From a virus (lineage: Duplodnaviria; Caudoviricetes): 49,564 bases of DNA. The translations under genes and the position numbers were made by a program. The first letter of the stretch is position 1. Every line of letters begins with the position of its first letter. Below are positions 10,801-19,822 of this stretch, in pieces. Below the pieces are notes generated by a model. The model saw nothing but the letters and a program-made list of their open reading frames with translations, ran no database searches and was not told where the DNA came from. The DNA lies in IMG/VR virus record IMGVR_UViG_3300046786_000524, positions 1 through 49,564 of that record; one strand, given 5' to 3'.

Positions 10801-13800
10801 GCTCAATGCCTTTGTCAGCCAGGAACTTGGCCATGACAACCGGGCTGCGTTCCATCCTTTCTTGGCCTTCACGCTCAAGATCGTCCTGGTCTGGTAGTCG
10901 CGAATTGAACTTTTCTTCAAGCGGCGCATACTCTTTGCGCAACTTAGCAAGAGCACTCTTGTCTAGTTCACGCTCAACGCTTGGATAGCGCGGGCTGTAG
11001 ATGTCGGCGCCGTAGACCTGCGTTTTTGCGTACCCTTTCGGATCCGCCATTTCAGCCGGCCCAATAAGCGTTATGTCGCCGAACCCAGCAAGCGGCGTTT
11101 CGGCCTTCGTGACTGCAAGGGACGGCACCGGGATCCCGCCCATCTTGACGGCGTGCAACAAGTTACTTTCCGTCAGGTTGTGCGTGATGATCAGGTCGCG
11201 TTCAGCCGGCCCGCCCTGGTAGAGAATGTTCGGGTTCTGCGGGTCGAACTCGCCGTTGTTACCGACGGCGGATTTGATTTGGGTCGGGTCGAAAGCGACC
11301 GCCTCGGCCAGCTTTTCTTTGCCGCTTATGCCGCCATAAATTGTCACGCCATCGAAGCCAGCCTCTTTTAGCAACGCGGTCGTGCCTGTTCCACCGCCGA
11401 GCGCGTTGTAAAGCGTGCCCATAAACGGCTCGAATTTGTTCTCACTTACGAAGCCCTGCAACTTATCGACGACCGCTTGGTCAGTTCCGCGTGCGATCAT
11501 CGTGCTGATTATCTTTTCTGCGGTGGCCCGGGATTTCTCGCTCGCAGCTTGCGACCGCGGGGTGATGTTGATGTACGCCGGGTTTTTCAGGGACAAATAG
11601 ACGGGCACAACGTTGGGCGCCTGATCATCCGAGCGCCTTGCCCAAAACGAAAAACCGGAAGCATAATCTGCATCTTCGCTGAAATATGCGCCAGCCCCGT
11701 AAAATCCGGTGTTTCCGGTGGATTCGCCGGATCTGCCAATATCAAACGCCGTGATGTCGCTCGCCGTGCCGTGGAATACGCGCAGCGGCCTGCCCTGGTC
11801 GTCGACCACCTTGGAATCACCGAACCACTTGTAAAAGTTGCGAACACCCTGTTCGGTCTGCGCTATAGGCTGGCCGTTACTATTGCGCGTCGGGCGTTGC
11901 TGGCCGTCGATGTCAATGGTGTCGGGCAGGGAAACGGGTGATTGATATAGCGCCTTGCCCTCATCAAACGTGGTCAGGTCAAGGATTTCAGCCACGCCAT
12001 ACTTGTCACCAGTCACAACGCCATCATAACCGTCGGCAATCAATGCCTTGCTCAAGGCCTTTCCGCGTTTTTTGTAGTGGTCAAAAAGATCCTGTTTCCA
12101 AGTGTCCACATTCAACACAAGCGGATTATTGAACGTAAGCGTACCGGCAACCGTCTTTCCGTCCTGCTCGACTTCAGCGGCATTATCAACAGCAACGACA
12201 TAGCGCCCGGATGGCTCCATGAAACGACCAAAGGGAGCGCCCTTCTTCGGTATACCAAATAGCTTGGTTGCGCTTTCCGTGTTATGGGCAAAGTCGAACG
12301 TCACCGGCTGACCGGTTTTGAACTGCCCAAACTCAGCAAGCTTTTCCTCAGCAAATGGCTTGCCCTGGTTCAGCGTGTTCGCAGCCTGGCCCACGGCCTC
12401 AGCCTTGACCTGCAGCTGGTACATGTCGGCCATCTTCTCAGGTGTGATCCCCAAGCGCGCAGCCATTACCGAAAAGAAGCTGCTCAGCAATTGCGCCTTG
12501 GCTTTGTTCACGTCTTTGCTGAATCTGTTGGCGGTATTCAGCTGATCCTCAAAATTCTTGCGTACAATATCGGCAGACGCTTCGTGAGCATCCCGGTCAC
12601 GCTGAACCTTAATGATCCGCTCGACCTCAGCCTTGGCGGCCTCATTGTTGCCCTTCACCACCTCATCAGCTTCAGCCTGACTCCAGTCGTTCGGGTCGGT
12701 CTTCAGGTGATCCAGCATTGCTTGCGCGTAATTGGTACCGGCGACTTTGGTCAGGAATTCCCCTGCCGGTATCTTGATGTGCTGGCCGGCCGCAGCCTTT
12801 TGCTGGAACTGTTCGCCGATCGACGGGATGTCAGCCATGGCCTGATTGATGTCGATGCCTGACTGTTGGAGCGCGTTGGCCAGTTGGTTAGCGTCGACGT
12901 AGACGCTGCCGCCCTGCGCCACATGGTCGGAAAAGGCCTGCATTGTCGATGGCGACACGTTCTTAACTGTGACCTGCTCGACAGCCTTGTTCATGCGCTC
13001 GAAGGCCTTGCGCGCTTCCATGGCCTTTGCGGCCTTGTTGGCGCGAGCGTCGAACATGCCGGCCGCCTTGTCGATGGCCTTGGCAGTGGTGACCATGCCA
13101 CCGGTACCCACCACGGTAGCAACCGCGGTCTGCAGCGCAGCATTGGGGCGCTCAGCAAGATACTGGCTGAATGACTTGTCAGGATTCAGAACCGCCCATT
13201 CGTTGAGATCCTGCAGAATCGTAGCGATCTGTTCCCCCGGCATTTCAGCAGCCAGCTGCTTGGCGAACATGGAGATGAACCCCGTGTTCTTTTCCAGATC
13301 CTTGATCAGCATGCCCATCGGCAGCTTCTCAGTGGCGAACTCAACCGCCGCCTGTGAAGTCGCATACACGGCGGCAGCCGAATAGTCGACGCCCTTGTCG
13401 CGCGCACGGCCATACTCTTGACCGGCCACGCCGCCCACCATGGGAGCCAGAGCGACGCCCGGGTTACCTGACATGACCGCAGCCGGGAGAGTCAGCATGT
13501 TTTGCCCAAGCGACTGCAGCCCCGAATAAACGCCGGCCTCAACGGAGCCGTCGGCCTTCGGCATCATGCGATCAGCAAGGCCCTTTTGCCCCTGGCGCAA
13601 CCCGCTGAAGAAATCAGACACAGGCGCAAGCGGATCGTTCGGCAGCACCTGCAGATCAAACAGGCCGGTATTGATTGGCGTTGAAAGCGGTTCGGTAACG
13701 TAGGTGCGCGCGGTATCGGTCGCCATCTGCGCCGCTCCGTAAACCCCTTCGTTGAACTTCGGCAGGCCGGAACCAAGAGCGCTTGCTCCCTTCTTCAGGT

Positions 13801-14140
13801 AATCCCAAGCCTGCTCAATGCCCGTCAGGTTGTCGATGTCATCCTGCGCAGCTGATGCGTTGACCGGATCCGCGAGCCATTGGTTTGTGAGTGGTGCATC
13901 AGTGGCCAGCTTCCCGTAATCAATCCGGCGACGCTTGGCGAGTTTGGACAGCTCATCAAAATTGCGCTCAACCGTGCCGACCGGCAGATTCAATTCACGT
14001 GCAAGCTCGATCGATTCCCCGCGCACGGGCTCAACGCTGGCCGCATACATTCCGGCTCGAGCCCCAGGCGTTGCAACCGGCTGCGCTTCTTCACCACCAA
14101 AAACATCATCGGCAAGGCCCAGATATTCGTTATCTGCCAT
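4880..14140 (-). CDS. giant internal virion/ejection polyvalent protein (ART-like, zincin HExxH and GNAT modules)
   Basis: 3086 aa, in the position of the T7 gp16-like ejection protein; FHGT…GAYFS…VYLSLKNP…GFDGV (ART-like), IHESGHFFLE (metallopeptidase), HRRKGIATAM (GNAT motif A). Confidence 0.8.
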   Translation of the reverse strand: MADNEYLGLADDVFGGEEAQPVATPGARAGMYAASVEPVRGESIELARELNLPVGTVERNFDELSKLAKRRRIDYGKLATDAPLTNQWLADPVNASAAQDDIDNLTGIEQAWDYLKKGASALGSGLPKFNEGVYGAAQMATDTARTYVTEPLSTPINTGLFDLQVLPNDPLAPVSDFFSGLRQGQKGLADRMMPKADGSVEAGVYSGLQSLGQNMLTLPAAVMSGNPGVALAPMVGGVAGQEYGRARDKGVDYSAAAVYATSQAAVEFATEKLPMGMLIKDLEKNTGFISMFAKQLAAEMPGEQIATILQDLNEWAVLNPDKSFSQYLAERPNAALQTAVATVVGTGGMVTTAKAIDKAAGMFDARANKAAKAMEARKAFERMNKAVEQVTVKNVSPSTMQAFSDHVAQGGSVYVDANQLANALQQSGIDINQAMADIPSIGEQFQQKAAAGQHIKIPAGEFLTKVAGTNYAQAMLDHLKTDPNDWSQAEADEVVKGNNEAAKAEVERIIKVQRDRDAHEASADIVRKNFEDQLNTANRFSKDVNKAKAQLLSSFFSVMAARLGITPEKMADMYQLQVKAEAVGQAANTLNQGKPFAEEKLAEFGQFKTGQPVTFDFAHNTESATKLFGIPKKGAPFGRFMEPSGRYVVAVDNAAEVEQDGKTVAGTLTFNNPLVLNVDTWKQDLFDHYKKRGKALSKALIADGYDGVVTGDKYGVAEILDLTTFDEGKALYQSPVSLPDTIDIDGQQRPTRNSNGQPIAQTEQGVRNFYKWFGDSKVVDDQGRPLRVFHGTASDITAFDIGRSGESTGNTGFYGAGAYFSEDADYASGFSFWARRSDDQAPNVVPVYLSLKNPAYINITPRSQAASEKSRATAEKIISTMIARGTDQAVVDKLQGFVSENKFEPFMGTLYNALGGGTGTTALLKEAGFDGVTIYGGISGKEKLAEAVAFDPTQIKSAVGNNGEFDPQNPNILYQGGPAERDLIITHNLTESNLLHAVKMGGIPVPSLAVTKAETPLAGFGDITLIGPAEMADPKGYAKTQVYGADIYSPRYPSVERELDKSALAKLRKEYAPLEEKFNSRLPDQDDLEREGQERMERSPVVMAKFLADKGIEPAVAFRPGMNEQRVKRLESFGLGPYLEATSVYDLMEDEGFFQAALAELIDQYQKMGGRKEIMVQKLRTDEDTQQNLVRDLAREIVSAAKLRKRPDIDVYASMSAMEKQIQDANLANDYQQFVVDSLDGITKSERIFQGFNNSGKRKYIPHTLENVVKILKKELRGGEGFNYGVGSLRAKFTPQFKSVADIRKNKERLLSEGDFDKIKDEINDEFFALVDLMKTRNETAIAILEDAPKMGLEAAAKDFNIELSESAKQKAVEFLEKLHHLPTAYFEAKILRDVAIEEFKGAAVPDNTSEQVRSELEKRGLKVVEYKANDNNDRARAVKSLSTELNTLFQEEQNNQRPLAEISFANDITSTPTVITLLKGANLSSFIHESGHFFLEVLSDLASKGLGSTQKENKASSIIVKANNEVDRLVAKHKGEAEFGPYFKGDMQDHDRGAARIVQKYWDELSGDVQEFLMLRNAKDWETGEIIPGYESIRGTHIYDLRKQLEDMALQDESPNAAVVSKQLVDDFNTVMDWFGISGKKPAPLTENYKGYTLRFNPEDVSVTAEKDGLIVGTFGMEVLPNGQTTLADFDVKEGHRRKGIATAMQDFARKHVNQLTYKNTVFTEDGKAFASASVLADTMDPYYGGKGSGPIDAPLDEQKSALEIWRSMTLEEKRPYHEQFARGFEVYAWEGKAPSLALAKLFQRFRAWMLDAYKKLLDAFNNKDLGTALDVKLSNEVRSVMDRMLATQEQIYEANAARGYMPAFATKEEAEAAGVDWDEYRANIEQADQDAITALESRSLRDMQWFRNAHNKEVRRLRREAAGLRREARIAARAEVLSHPVYRVMQFLTAPVDALKVKKAKGDPNAVDPATDTLLVAVAKLGGLQRDMAVDQFGLDPGDFKKTPVFGKPILRRNGGMTPDGMAEALAQLGYMPSKFGESWDMNDLGDYLHDEGKGIPHYSETFDYRNLEDKTGGMQDLEANPFAGGRIDRESMVREYGGSTEEFPWENLGAMLSNDGIHPDVIADQFGFQSGDEMVRFLMEAKDMVSAIEDTTDRIMFERHGDLTSKEALDKAADEAIHNKMRAKVLATEANALAKTLGARGITAKAARVFAERILAGMKILDIKPSHFAAEESKAAARFDKARKKGNVNDQALEKRNQLVNNIATRLAYDAEEEVAKAVRHFKQLQKPGSQKSMRGEYLEQLNILLERFELRGAGNTKKAITKANTLPKFADWLQAKAEELGAPTPDMVAFVLDGGVRKPYRDMTLEEFRSLVDAVKQLEHLARREQKQYMEIRGMELEQEKNAILDRLRQFHPEAFDADGKPKGQAPDFVPSLKAKLGDNADAMLGEFLGNETIINILEGGDLGLLHESFFKRISDRSNWRTTRLEGVFKKLEPLFDQYSVMEKRAFSMKDIGGEIGIPITREKALGVALLVGNAEGRERVRNYGWTDEQIIKIIDLLDERDKRLAEGIWDLFDNDLWPDLKALNERTAGKAPPKVEATPFTNRLGTWPGGYMRLKYDTDLDERAYKFDVEQSLSDLRNGMGMTGKTPQGTSQERKKGVLMRPRLDFGVFVETVTETVHDIAYREAVSDVIRLLNDKEIQAAIKQSAGVETFRAMRRRVAEVAARPQDPYGFIEKFVSIARRNTIVTLMSGVGTAFQNFTGYIPATGRVNAWLLSREVAKFGRHPKKMYEFATSRSEYMRHRFTSYEQDLVNTAKNLTVNGSMMPDTATFLALMGWVDRGVSVPVWNAAFAEGMEKYRADTSLAVEYADHVVRQTQGSGRIVDKAGIMTGHPLKTIFTMFYSYFNSQLQQLVRAGLISKQEAKTNPRKAAGRVAMAFVVFWILPALVTEMFRRTPDDEDDEEKVARYAKGLLLYPAAMFPIVRDIAPWAWDKYVADSGWARSFKMSPVESAVEGVAKGIESTVDIGKGDGDQQDVKNLLMGVGFTFGVPGKLISDFVTGTYNFATGEAGPQAMLLGPEPTKK

Positions 14141-15650
14141 TCATCGCGTCTCTTTTCAGTTTTTCGGTGTACAGCTTGAGAATGTTTGCGTCGCTGACTT
14201 GTTGGCCTTTCGCCCTCAGCGCGGCTTCGATGTTCGCGCGATCTTCATCGCTGACATCATCAATCGTGGCCTGGAACGTGTAACGCTCACCCGCCCCAAC
14301 ATCAGTACCGAACCAGCCCGGCGTTTTCTGCTTGATCAGCTCACGATCAATGATGCGCTGCTCATCTTCTGCAGTCAGTTCTTTTTTGCCTTGGCGTTCT
14401 TTTTCCTTGATGATGCTGCGCTCAACGCTGTCACGCAGCGACGCAAGCGACTTGGCATCGTCTGATTCAGCCTTTGGCTTCGTGTTGATCCCGGCCTGAA
14501 TCAGCGTGTCATTCAACCGCTGGCCAACCGACCGATAACCATCGAGCATCTTTTCGGTTTCAGGATCCTTGTTTCTCAGCTTTGCTTGCAGGTTGATCAA
14601 TTCCTTGCGCTCAGTTGGCGCGAAGTCAAACACCTCATTCGTGAGATCCTTGTTCAGAAACGATTCCCGCGTAACAGGATTTGCGGCCAGATTCTTCAGG
14701 TCATGATATCGGGTTACATCGGTCACGTTGTACTTTCCTGACGCGAGATTTGCCCCGTACTGGCGCAAGTTTTTTTGTTGCTCAGGTTTCAGTGACAGGA
14801 AGGCATCGCCAGGGATTGCAGTGATATCGCCTTCTGCTTCTTCAAGCATATCGGCAAGCTGATCATAGGTTTCGGCGCGCTGCAGATTCTCGATCCGCTT
14901 CTTCAAAAACAGCTTTGATGTCACTGACGAGGTCGCACGTTCTTCCAGCGCTTGACGCTTGTCGGCAGGAATGTACTGCAGCGCGGGATGATTGCTTTTC
15001 AGCATGCCTATCTGGTCTTCTGCTGACCTAGACGTGAATTCTTGCAGCGCCGATTCTTCGGCAAACTTGCGCTTGAGGTTGCCCCCCTCTTCGCGTGTCA
15101 GCCAGTTGTTTTCAATGGCAGCGTCGACGGACTGATTAACGTTTTCATAGGCTGACTTTCTGATTGCGGGATCACCAGTGGAGACAATCAGCTTTTGCGA
15201 GTCATCAAGAAGCCCGCTCAGCTTTGCCCGCCCGTTGTCCTTTTCTTTGGCAAAAGCTTTGCGCGCCATGCCGGCAAGGCCCTGTTCAATATCAACGTCC
15301 GTTCTAAGCACGAAAGATTCGCGCCGGGCTGGATTGCGAATTAAATTAGCGGCTTCATCCCGAGCTTTTGTGATCTTTTCCTTGTACCGCTCACCATAGG
15401 TGGCGTAGTCGTTATCGTTTTCAAATTCTGAATTGACTTGAATATGTCTCTTTAGAAACTCGGAACTTGCTCGCGCGTCGTTAAGCTTATCTTCGCGCTC
15501 TTGAACCTGCTCGCCGATCTTTCCAATGGTCTCGCCCAGGTCAGCAATAGCATCAAGGCGGCCATCAGTAGGCCCTTGAACAACACCACGGCGAGGTTGC
15601 AAAGAAGGGCCGCCACCGTAGGCGGTCATGTCATCAGGAATGCGCGGCAT
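14130..15650 (-). CDS. internal virion (ejection) protein
   Basis: 506-aa helical protein starting MPRIP, between the small core protein and the giant protein. Confidence 0.65.
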   Translation of the reverse strand: MPRIPDDMTAYGGGPSLQPRRGVVQGPTDGRLDAIADLGETIGKIGEQVQEREDKLNDARASSEFLKRHIQVNSEFENDNDYATYGERYKEKITKARDEAANLIRNPARRESFVLRTDVDIEQGLAGMARKAFAKEKDNGRAKLSGLLDDSQKLIVSTGDPAIRKSAYENVNQSVDAAIENNWLTREEGGNLKRKFAEESALQEFTSRSAEDQIGMLKSNHPALQYIPADKRQALEERATSSVTSKLFLKKRIENLQRAETYDQLADMLEEAEGDITAIPGDAFLSLKPEQQKNLRQYGANLASGKYNVTDVTRYHDLKNLAANPVTRESFLNKDLTNEVFDFAPTERKELINLQAKLRNKDPETEKMLDGYRSVGQRLNDTLIQAGINTKPKAESDDAKSLASLRDSVERSIIKEKERQGKKELTAEDEQRIIDRELIKQKTPGWFGTDVGAGERYTFQATIDDVSDEDRANIEAALRAKGQQVSDANILKLYTEKLKRDAMNGR

Positions 15651-16117
15651 TATAGCTCACCATATTTTTCGTAAAGGGATGCACCGGATGACATCAGCGT
15701 GTTTGCTGCTTTGTAGTTGGCAGTGCGGCGCCCATTACGCCCTTCGATGCGCCTGACGTTTGCACCCATTTCCATACCTGACGCCGCTTGTTCTCCATTG
15801 TACAGCGCAGACAACGCACGATATTCGCCTTCTGAATCCAGTCCGGCAATGATGTTTTCAATGGTCGGATCATTGGCAGCGCCCCCCGATGACGCGGCCA
15901 GCGCCGTTGCCCGGCTTTGCAGGTAGTCGGATCTCTTGCGCTCATCATCAGCTACCCGCTGCGACGCCGCTCGCTCAGCCTTGGCATTGGCTTCCATCTG
16001 GCCGGCCTCAAACCTAGCGAGATCATTTTGCTGCTTGCCGGCCATCAGCGTTGAGCCCACCCCAATGACAGCAGATGCAGCCATCATGTATGGAGCGGCA
16101 GCGGCTAGGAACGCCAT
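15650..16117 (-). CDS. internal virion protein (gp14-like)
   Basis: Likely start MAFLAAAAP at 16117; Ala/Gly-rich hydrophobic N-terminus, AASSGG motif; synteny. Confidence 0.65.
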   Translation of the reverse strand: MAFLAAAAPYMMAASAVIGVGSTLMAGKQQNDLARFEAGQMEANAKAERAASQRVADDERKRSDYLQSRATALAASSGGAANDPTIENIIAGLDSEGEYRALSALYNGEQAASGMEMGANVRRIEGRNGRRTANYKAANTLMSSGASLYEKYGEL

Positions 16118-16461
16118 AGAAAGACCTCCGGTTCTTCGGTCGGGACAAAGCCCAAATGGATCAGAAAATTGCACGACGTCTTTTCGTTGACGTCTTGAAT
16201 GGTTACCACTGGCAACCGGCACTGCTTGACAAGATCCATCGTCGCCCGGGCTGCCTTCATCAGCACGACCTTGCGTGCACGCAGCTCATCAGTGATGTCC
16301 GAAAAAGCCACATACATGCCGGGATGCCGTTCCACCCCACCAAACCCAATAACCTGGCCGGCGTTTTCGACGACAATAGCCCTGACCGTATTCTTAGGCG
16401 GATGACCATAGAACGCCAGAAAGTCGCCCAGTCGCGCGGGGCGGATCTTAGGCTTTGTCAT
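16105..16461 (-). CDS. GNAT-fold virion assembly protein (gp13-like)
   Basis: 118 aa; IRPAR…, VIGFGGV, FLIHLGF; follows tail tube B. Confidence 0.55.
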   Translation of the reverse strand: MTKPKIRPARLGDFLAFYGHPPKNTVRAIVVENAGQVIGFGGVERHPGMYVAFSDITDELRARKVVLMKAARATMDLVKQCRLPVVTIQDVNEKTSCNFLIHLGFVPTEEPEVFLWRS

Positions 16462-19117
16462 GGGTGCTCAGCCCGACAACGCAAGCCAACACGGTGCACG
16501 GACGCGGCGATTGTGCTTGCAGGCAAAGCCTTGAATCGGTATCCCATGTGCCCGGGAACTCGAATGCAACTTCGTCAAACGTATCGTGAACCGTGTCTTC
16601 ACTGATCGCGGACCAGCCAGAAGTTAGCGGCAGCTCATCAAGATGATCAAAGTCAGGGCCATAGGAAAGGCCTTGATAATGGGTGTCTTTGAGGATCACG
16701 CCCAGCTGATTGATGCGCTTTGGCTGGACAAGCGAAGAGCCAAGTTGCGCGCCATAGGCAAGCTTTGTCGACTTGAACCGCGCCGTATATGGGAGACCGA
16801 CAAACGCCCGAGTGACTGACTCGCCAAGCCCGGTGATTTGGCCGCTGGCCACGGTGAACGTGCCAAGATCCTTGCCTGCGCCCCACACGCAAACGCTTTC
16901 ACCCTCAAGATGCGACAAGCCGGTAATCGTAGTGGTTGCCGATCCAGAATACTCAAGAAAGCAATCCGAAAGCTTGTTGACGGTGCCGCCGACCGCTTCA
17001 GATTCTTGCGCCCACTTTTCCAGATAGCGAACCGTCGACCCGTTGATCGTCCTGCGTACCACGTAATAAACGGCATCCTCATCGGTGCCGGGCAGCACAA
17101 CACAATCCTCAACCACGCCGTCGGTTTCAAACAGTACCCAGCACCTGACATTTTCAACCACTTCGCTGACCAGAATTGCCACCTTTCCGTCAGATCGAAC
17201 ACAGTGCACGCGAGTGTCAGGCTGCGTCTGAACCGCAACCTTCACAATCCCTGGCTGCCCGATGTCTGGAATCAGCGCCATCAGATCCGCAGGCGAATAT
17301 TCGTTTTCTTGGATATCAAAACCCAGTTGATACAGGCGCGAGCCAGAGCGCTGAACAAACAGCACCGACTTGTCGACGATCGCATTGGCAACCTTCGCCG
17401 CGCCTTGGGATGAAATAGGTTTGAGGCTGAAGTTGGTTGCCGTCAGGGGCTCATCAAAGCTGGATGATTTGGCCGACATAATACGGGCATCATTGCCCAC
17501 CAGTAGACGCGAAACAGGGGCCAGCCAGTTGATAACGTCAATGGTGCCAGATCCGATCGATCGATTGATGGGCGCCGAGTCGCCAATGACCTCATCGTCA
17601 AACGATTCATAACCGTCGGAGACGGAGCCCCAGACTTTATCTTTGCCGGCCCACCACAAGCGGCCATCATACAGCGAGACCGATGTCGGGAAGCCCCGAT
17701 AGTCAGACCACATGCCTTCTGCCCATGCCGTCGTGGCGTCGGTGCCACCCAGATCAACAAGCACGGCTGCGGTGACTTCGGTGTCGCTAACGTAACTGGT
17801 TACACGCACAACACCAGTCGTTGAACCGCCTTCAAACTCCATGCTCACGACTGCGGTACCGGATGTATAGCCACCAGTTTTAACGCCAATCCGATAAAAC
17901 ACGACCATGTTGTCAAGCTCATCATCGTAGGTCGTCGTTCCGTTGCTGGTGTATGTCGTCACATCTGACCATGCCCCGGATTCACCGATTGAGCGCTGCA
18001 GCGTGAGCGTTGCCGACCATGTTCCAGAACGCACGATAGAGAATTTGCGAGAGTCCCCGATCCCGGTGATGCGAATATCGCCTGACCAAGTATCTTCAGC
18101 AACGAACGATTCTTCTACTCGCTGGCCAATCGAATCAATCCTGAATAGCGCGCGGACATGCTCTTCTTTGAAGAATCGCCCAGAAGACGTGATCGTTATG
18201 TTTCCGCTTAATCCAGAGGGGGTCAGCTTAATTCCGCCTTGGTTATACGTGAAAAACGGGCCGTCATTCGGCATATACCGGACAATTGACCATGACGTCG
18301 CTGATCGTCTCTCGATCTTGTACTGTTGCTCGCCCTCGCATGCCACATAGACAACATCGCCTGACTGATCCCAGCGCAGCAAAGGAAGTTCAGTAGATGC
18401 CCATGACGTCGGGAGCGTAATCTCACCAGCCGCCTCGACCTCGACCGAGGTCACCAACGAAACCGCCTTCTTTTCATTAAGCAGCTGAATCCAGAAATCA
18501 CTACCCGTCGGAGTAAAGGCAATGGAGTGATACCCCTGGCCAAGGGTTGTCTCTGACACGAAATCATCGCGAGTAGCAGTAGAGCCCACGCGCAAACGAA
18601 CGGGGCCGCGAGAAACAACGATCCTCAACGCATGCTCAACGCCTTCATCCTCAGCGGCAACGACAACCTGCTGCCTGCGTTCGGCTGACCCGGTGCCTGT
18701 ACCTGTAAGGCCAAGATATCCACCGGAAACCCACGCCGAACTTGCGCCTGCGTCGCTTGAATCTGACCAGCCTGATAAGTCAGTATCAAATGTGCCATTG
18801 CTGACGGTGGCAGAAACGGACGGCCTTGTGACAATGGCATCGTCCACCCACACGCGCAGGATTCCACTGGTCAGTTCAATCAGCGCGCAATCATCGGCTG
18901 CAAAAATGAATGGTATCAATCGTGCCGTATGGTTCTGATACATGCCACCGATATACTCAGTACCCGGGCGCAACATCATGCTGCCAAGCGTGCGCGGCAT
19001 CCAATTCGTTTGCTCAGACGCTGACAGCGCAGTACGCGGGAGATCCGTTCTGGCAAGCGCAAGTTCAGATATGACGCCCCTGTTAAAACATAGGAGACTC
19101 ACATTTTCTCTTGCCAT
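16448..19117 (-). CDS. tail tubular protein B / nozzle
   Basis: 889 aa; FNRGVIS, RPGT, DQSGDVVY, GFPTSVSLYDGRLWWA, VGLPY motifs of podovirus nozzle proteins. Confidence 0.85.
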   Translation of the reverse strand: MARENVSLLCFNRGVISELALARTDLPRTALSASEQTNWMPRTLGSMMLRPGTEYIGGMYQNHTARLIPFIFAADDCALIELTSGILRVWVDDAIVTRPSVSATVSNGTFDTDLSGWSDSSDAGASSAWVSGGYLGLTGTGTGSAERRQQVVVAAEDEGVEHALRIVVSRGPVRLRVGSTATRDDFVSETTLGQGYHSIAFTPTGSDFWIQLLNEKKAVSLVTSVEVEAAGEITLPTSWASTELPLLRWDQSGDVVYVACEGEQQYKIERRSATSWSIVRYMPNDGPFFTYNQGGIKLTPSGLSGNITITSSGRFFKEEHVRALFRIDSIGQRVEESFVAEDTWSGDIRITGIGDSRKFSIVRSGTWSATLTLQRSIGESGAWSDVTTYTSNGTTTYDDELDNMVVFYRIGVKTGGYTSGTAVVSMEFEGGSTTGVVRVTSYVSDTEVTAAVLVDLGGTDATTAWAEGMWSDYRGFPTSVSLYDGRLWWAGKDKVWGSVSDGYESFDDEVIGDSAPINRSIGSGTIDVINWLAPVSRLLVGNDARIMSAKSSSFDEPLTATNFSLKPISSQGAAKVANAIVDKSVLFVQRSGSRLYQLGFDIQENEYSPADLMALIPDIGQPGIVKVAVQTQPDTRVHCVRSDGKVAILVSEVVENVRCWVLFETDGVVEDCVVLPGTDEDAVYYVVRRTINGSTVRYLEKWAQESEAVGGTVNKLSDCFLEYSGSATTTITGLSHLEGESVCVWGAGKDLGTFTVASGQITGLGESVTRAFVGLPYTARFKSTKLAYGAQLGSSLVQPKRINQLGVILKDTHYQGLSYGPDFDHLDELPLTSGWSAISEDTVHDTFDEVAFEFPGTWDTDSRLCLQAQSPRPCTVLACVVGLSTHDKA

Positions 19118-19152
19118 ATAATGTAGAACCTTTTGCTTTATCTGGTGGTCTA

Positions 19153-19821
19153 ATGTCTGGTCGCGGAAGCTTTAAAAATATTTCCGGTCAAAAATTTAAA
19201 TCGTGGACTGTCATTGAATTTTCGCATTCTGAAAATGGATACGCCGTATGGGTATGCAAATGCGAATGCGGAACAATCAAAAACATGCGCACGACATACC
19301 TTAAAGGAACAGGTGCCGAGTCATGCGGATGTAAGCGCGGCAAACACAAACACACTGGAGACTGGGGAAAATCTCCAACCTACAGGTCATGGCAAAACAT
19401 GATTGCAAGATGTGAATCGCCATCATGCCCGTCGTTTAATCACTATAAGCAAAAAGGCATTTCTGTATGCGGTCGCTGGCGACACGGAGAAAAAGGCCTT
19501 TCTGGTTTTGAATGCTTTCTTGCTGATGTCGGAGAAAGACCAACGTCAAGCCACACACTGGACAGAATAAACAATGATCTTGGTTATTCTCCCGACAACG
19601 TCAGGTGGGCAACCAAAATAGAGCAAGCCAACAACAGAGAAACAAACAAATTCTACCCTTACAAAGGGAGGCTACTAACAATCGCAGAGCTTGCAAGAGA
19701 AACCGGCGTATCAAAAGAGCTTTTAAGAACAAGGCTTGTTAGATCAAAGCTTCCGTGGACAGCTGAGGGAGCCGTTGAAACAAAACAGCTTACAAAATCA
19801 AAGGCTGGGTTTTATAAATAA
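19153..19821 (+). CDS. free-standing HNH homing endonuclease
   Basis: WVCKCECG, SCGC, YRSWQNMIARC, HTLDRINNDLGYSPDNVRWAT; AT-richer and antisense within the late operon. Confidence 0.85.
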   Translation: MSGRGSFKNISGQKFKSWTVIEFSHSENGYAVWVCKCECGTIKNMRTTYLKGTGAESCGCKRGKHKHTGDWGKSPTYRSWQNMIARCESPSCPSFNHYKQKGISVCGRWRHGEKGLSGFECFLADVGERPTSSHTLDRINNDLGYSPDNVRWATKIEQANNRETNKFYPYKGRLLTIAELARETGVSKELLRTRLVRSKLPWTAEGAVETKQLTKSKAGFYK

Positions 19822-19822
19822 C

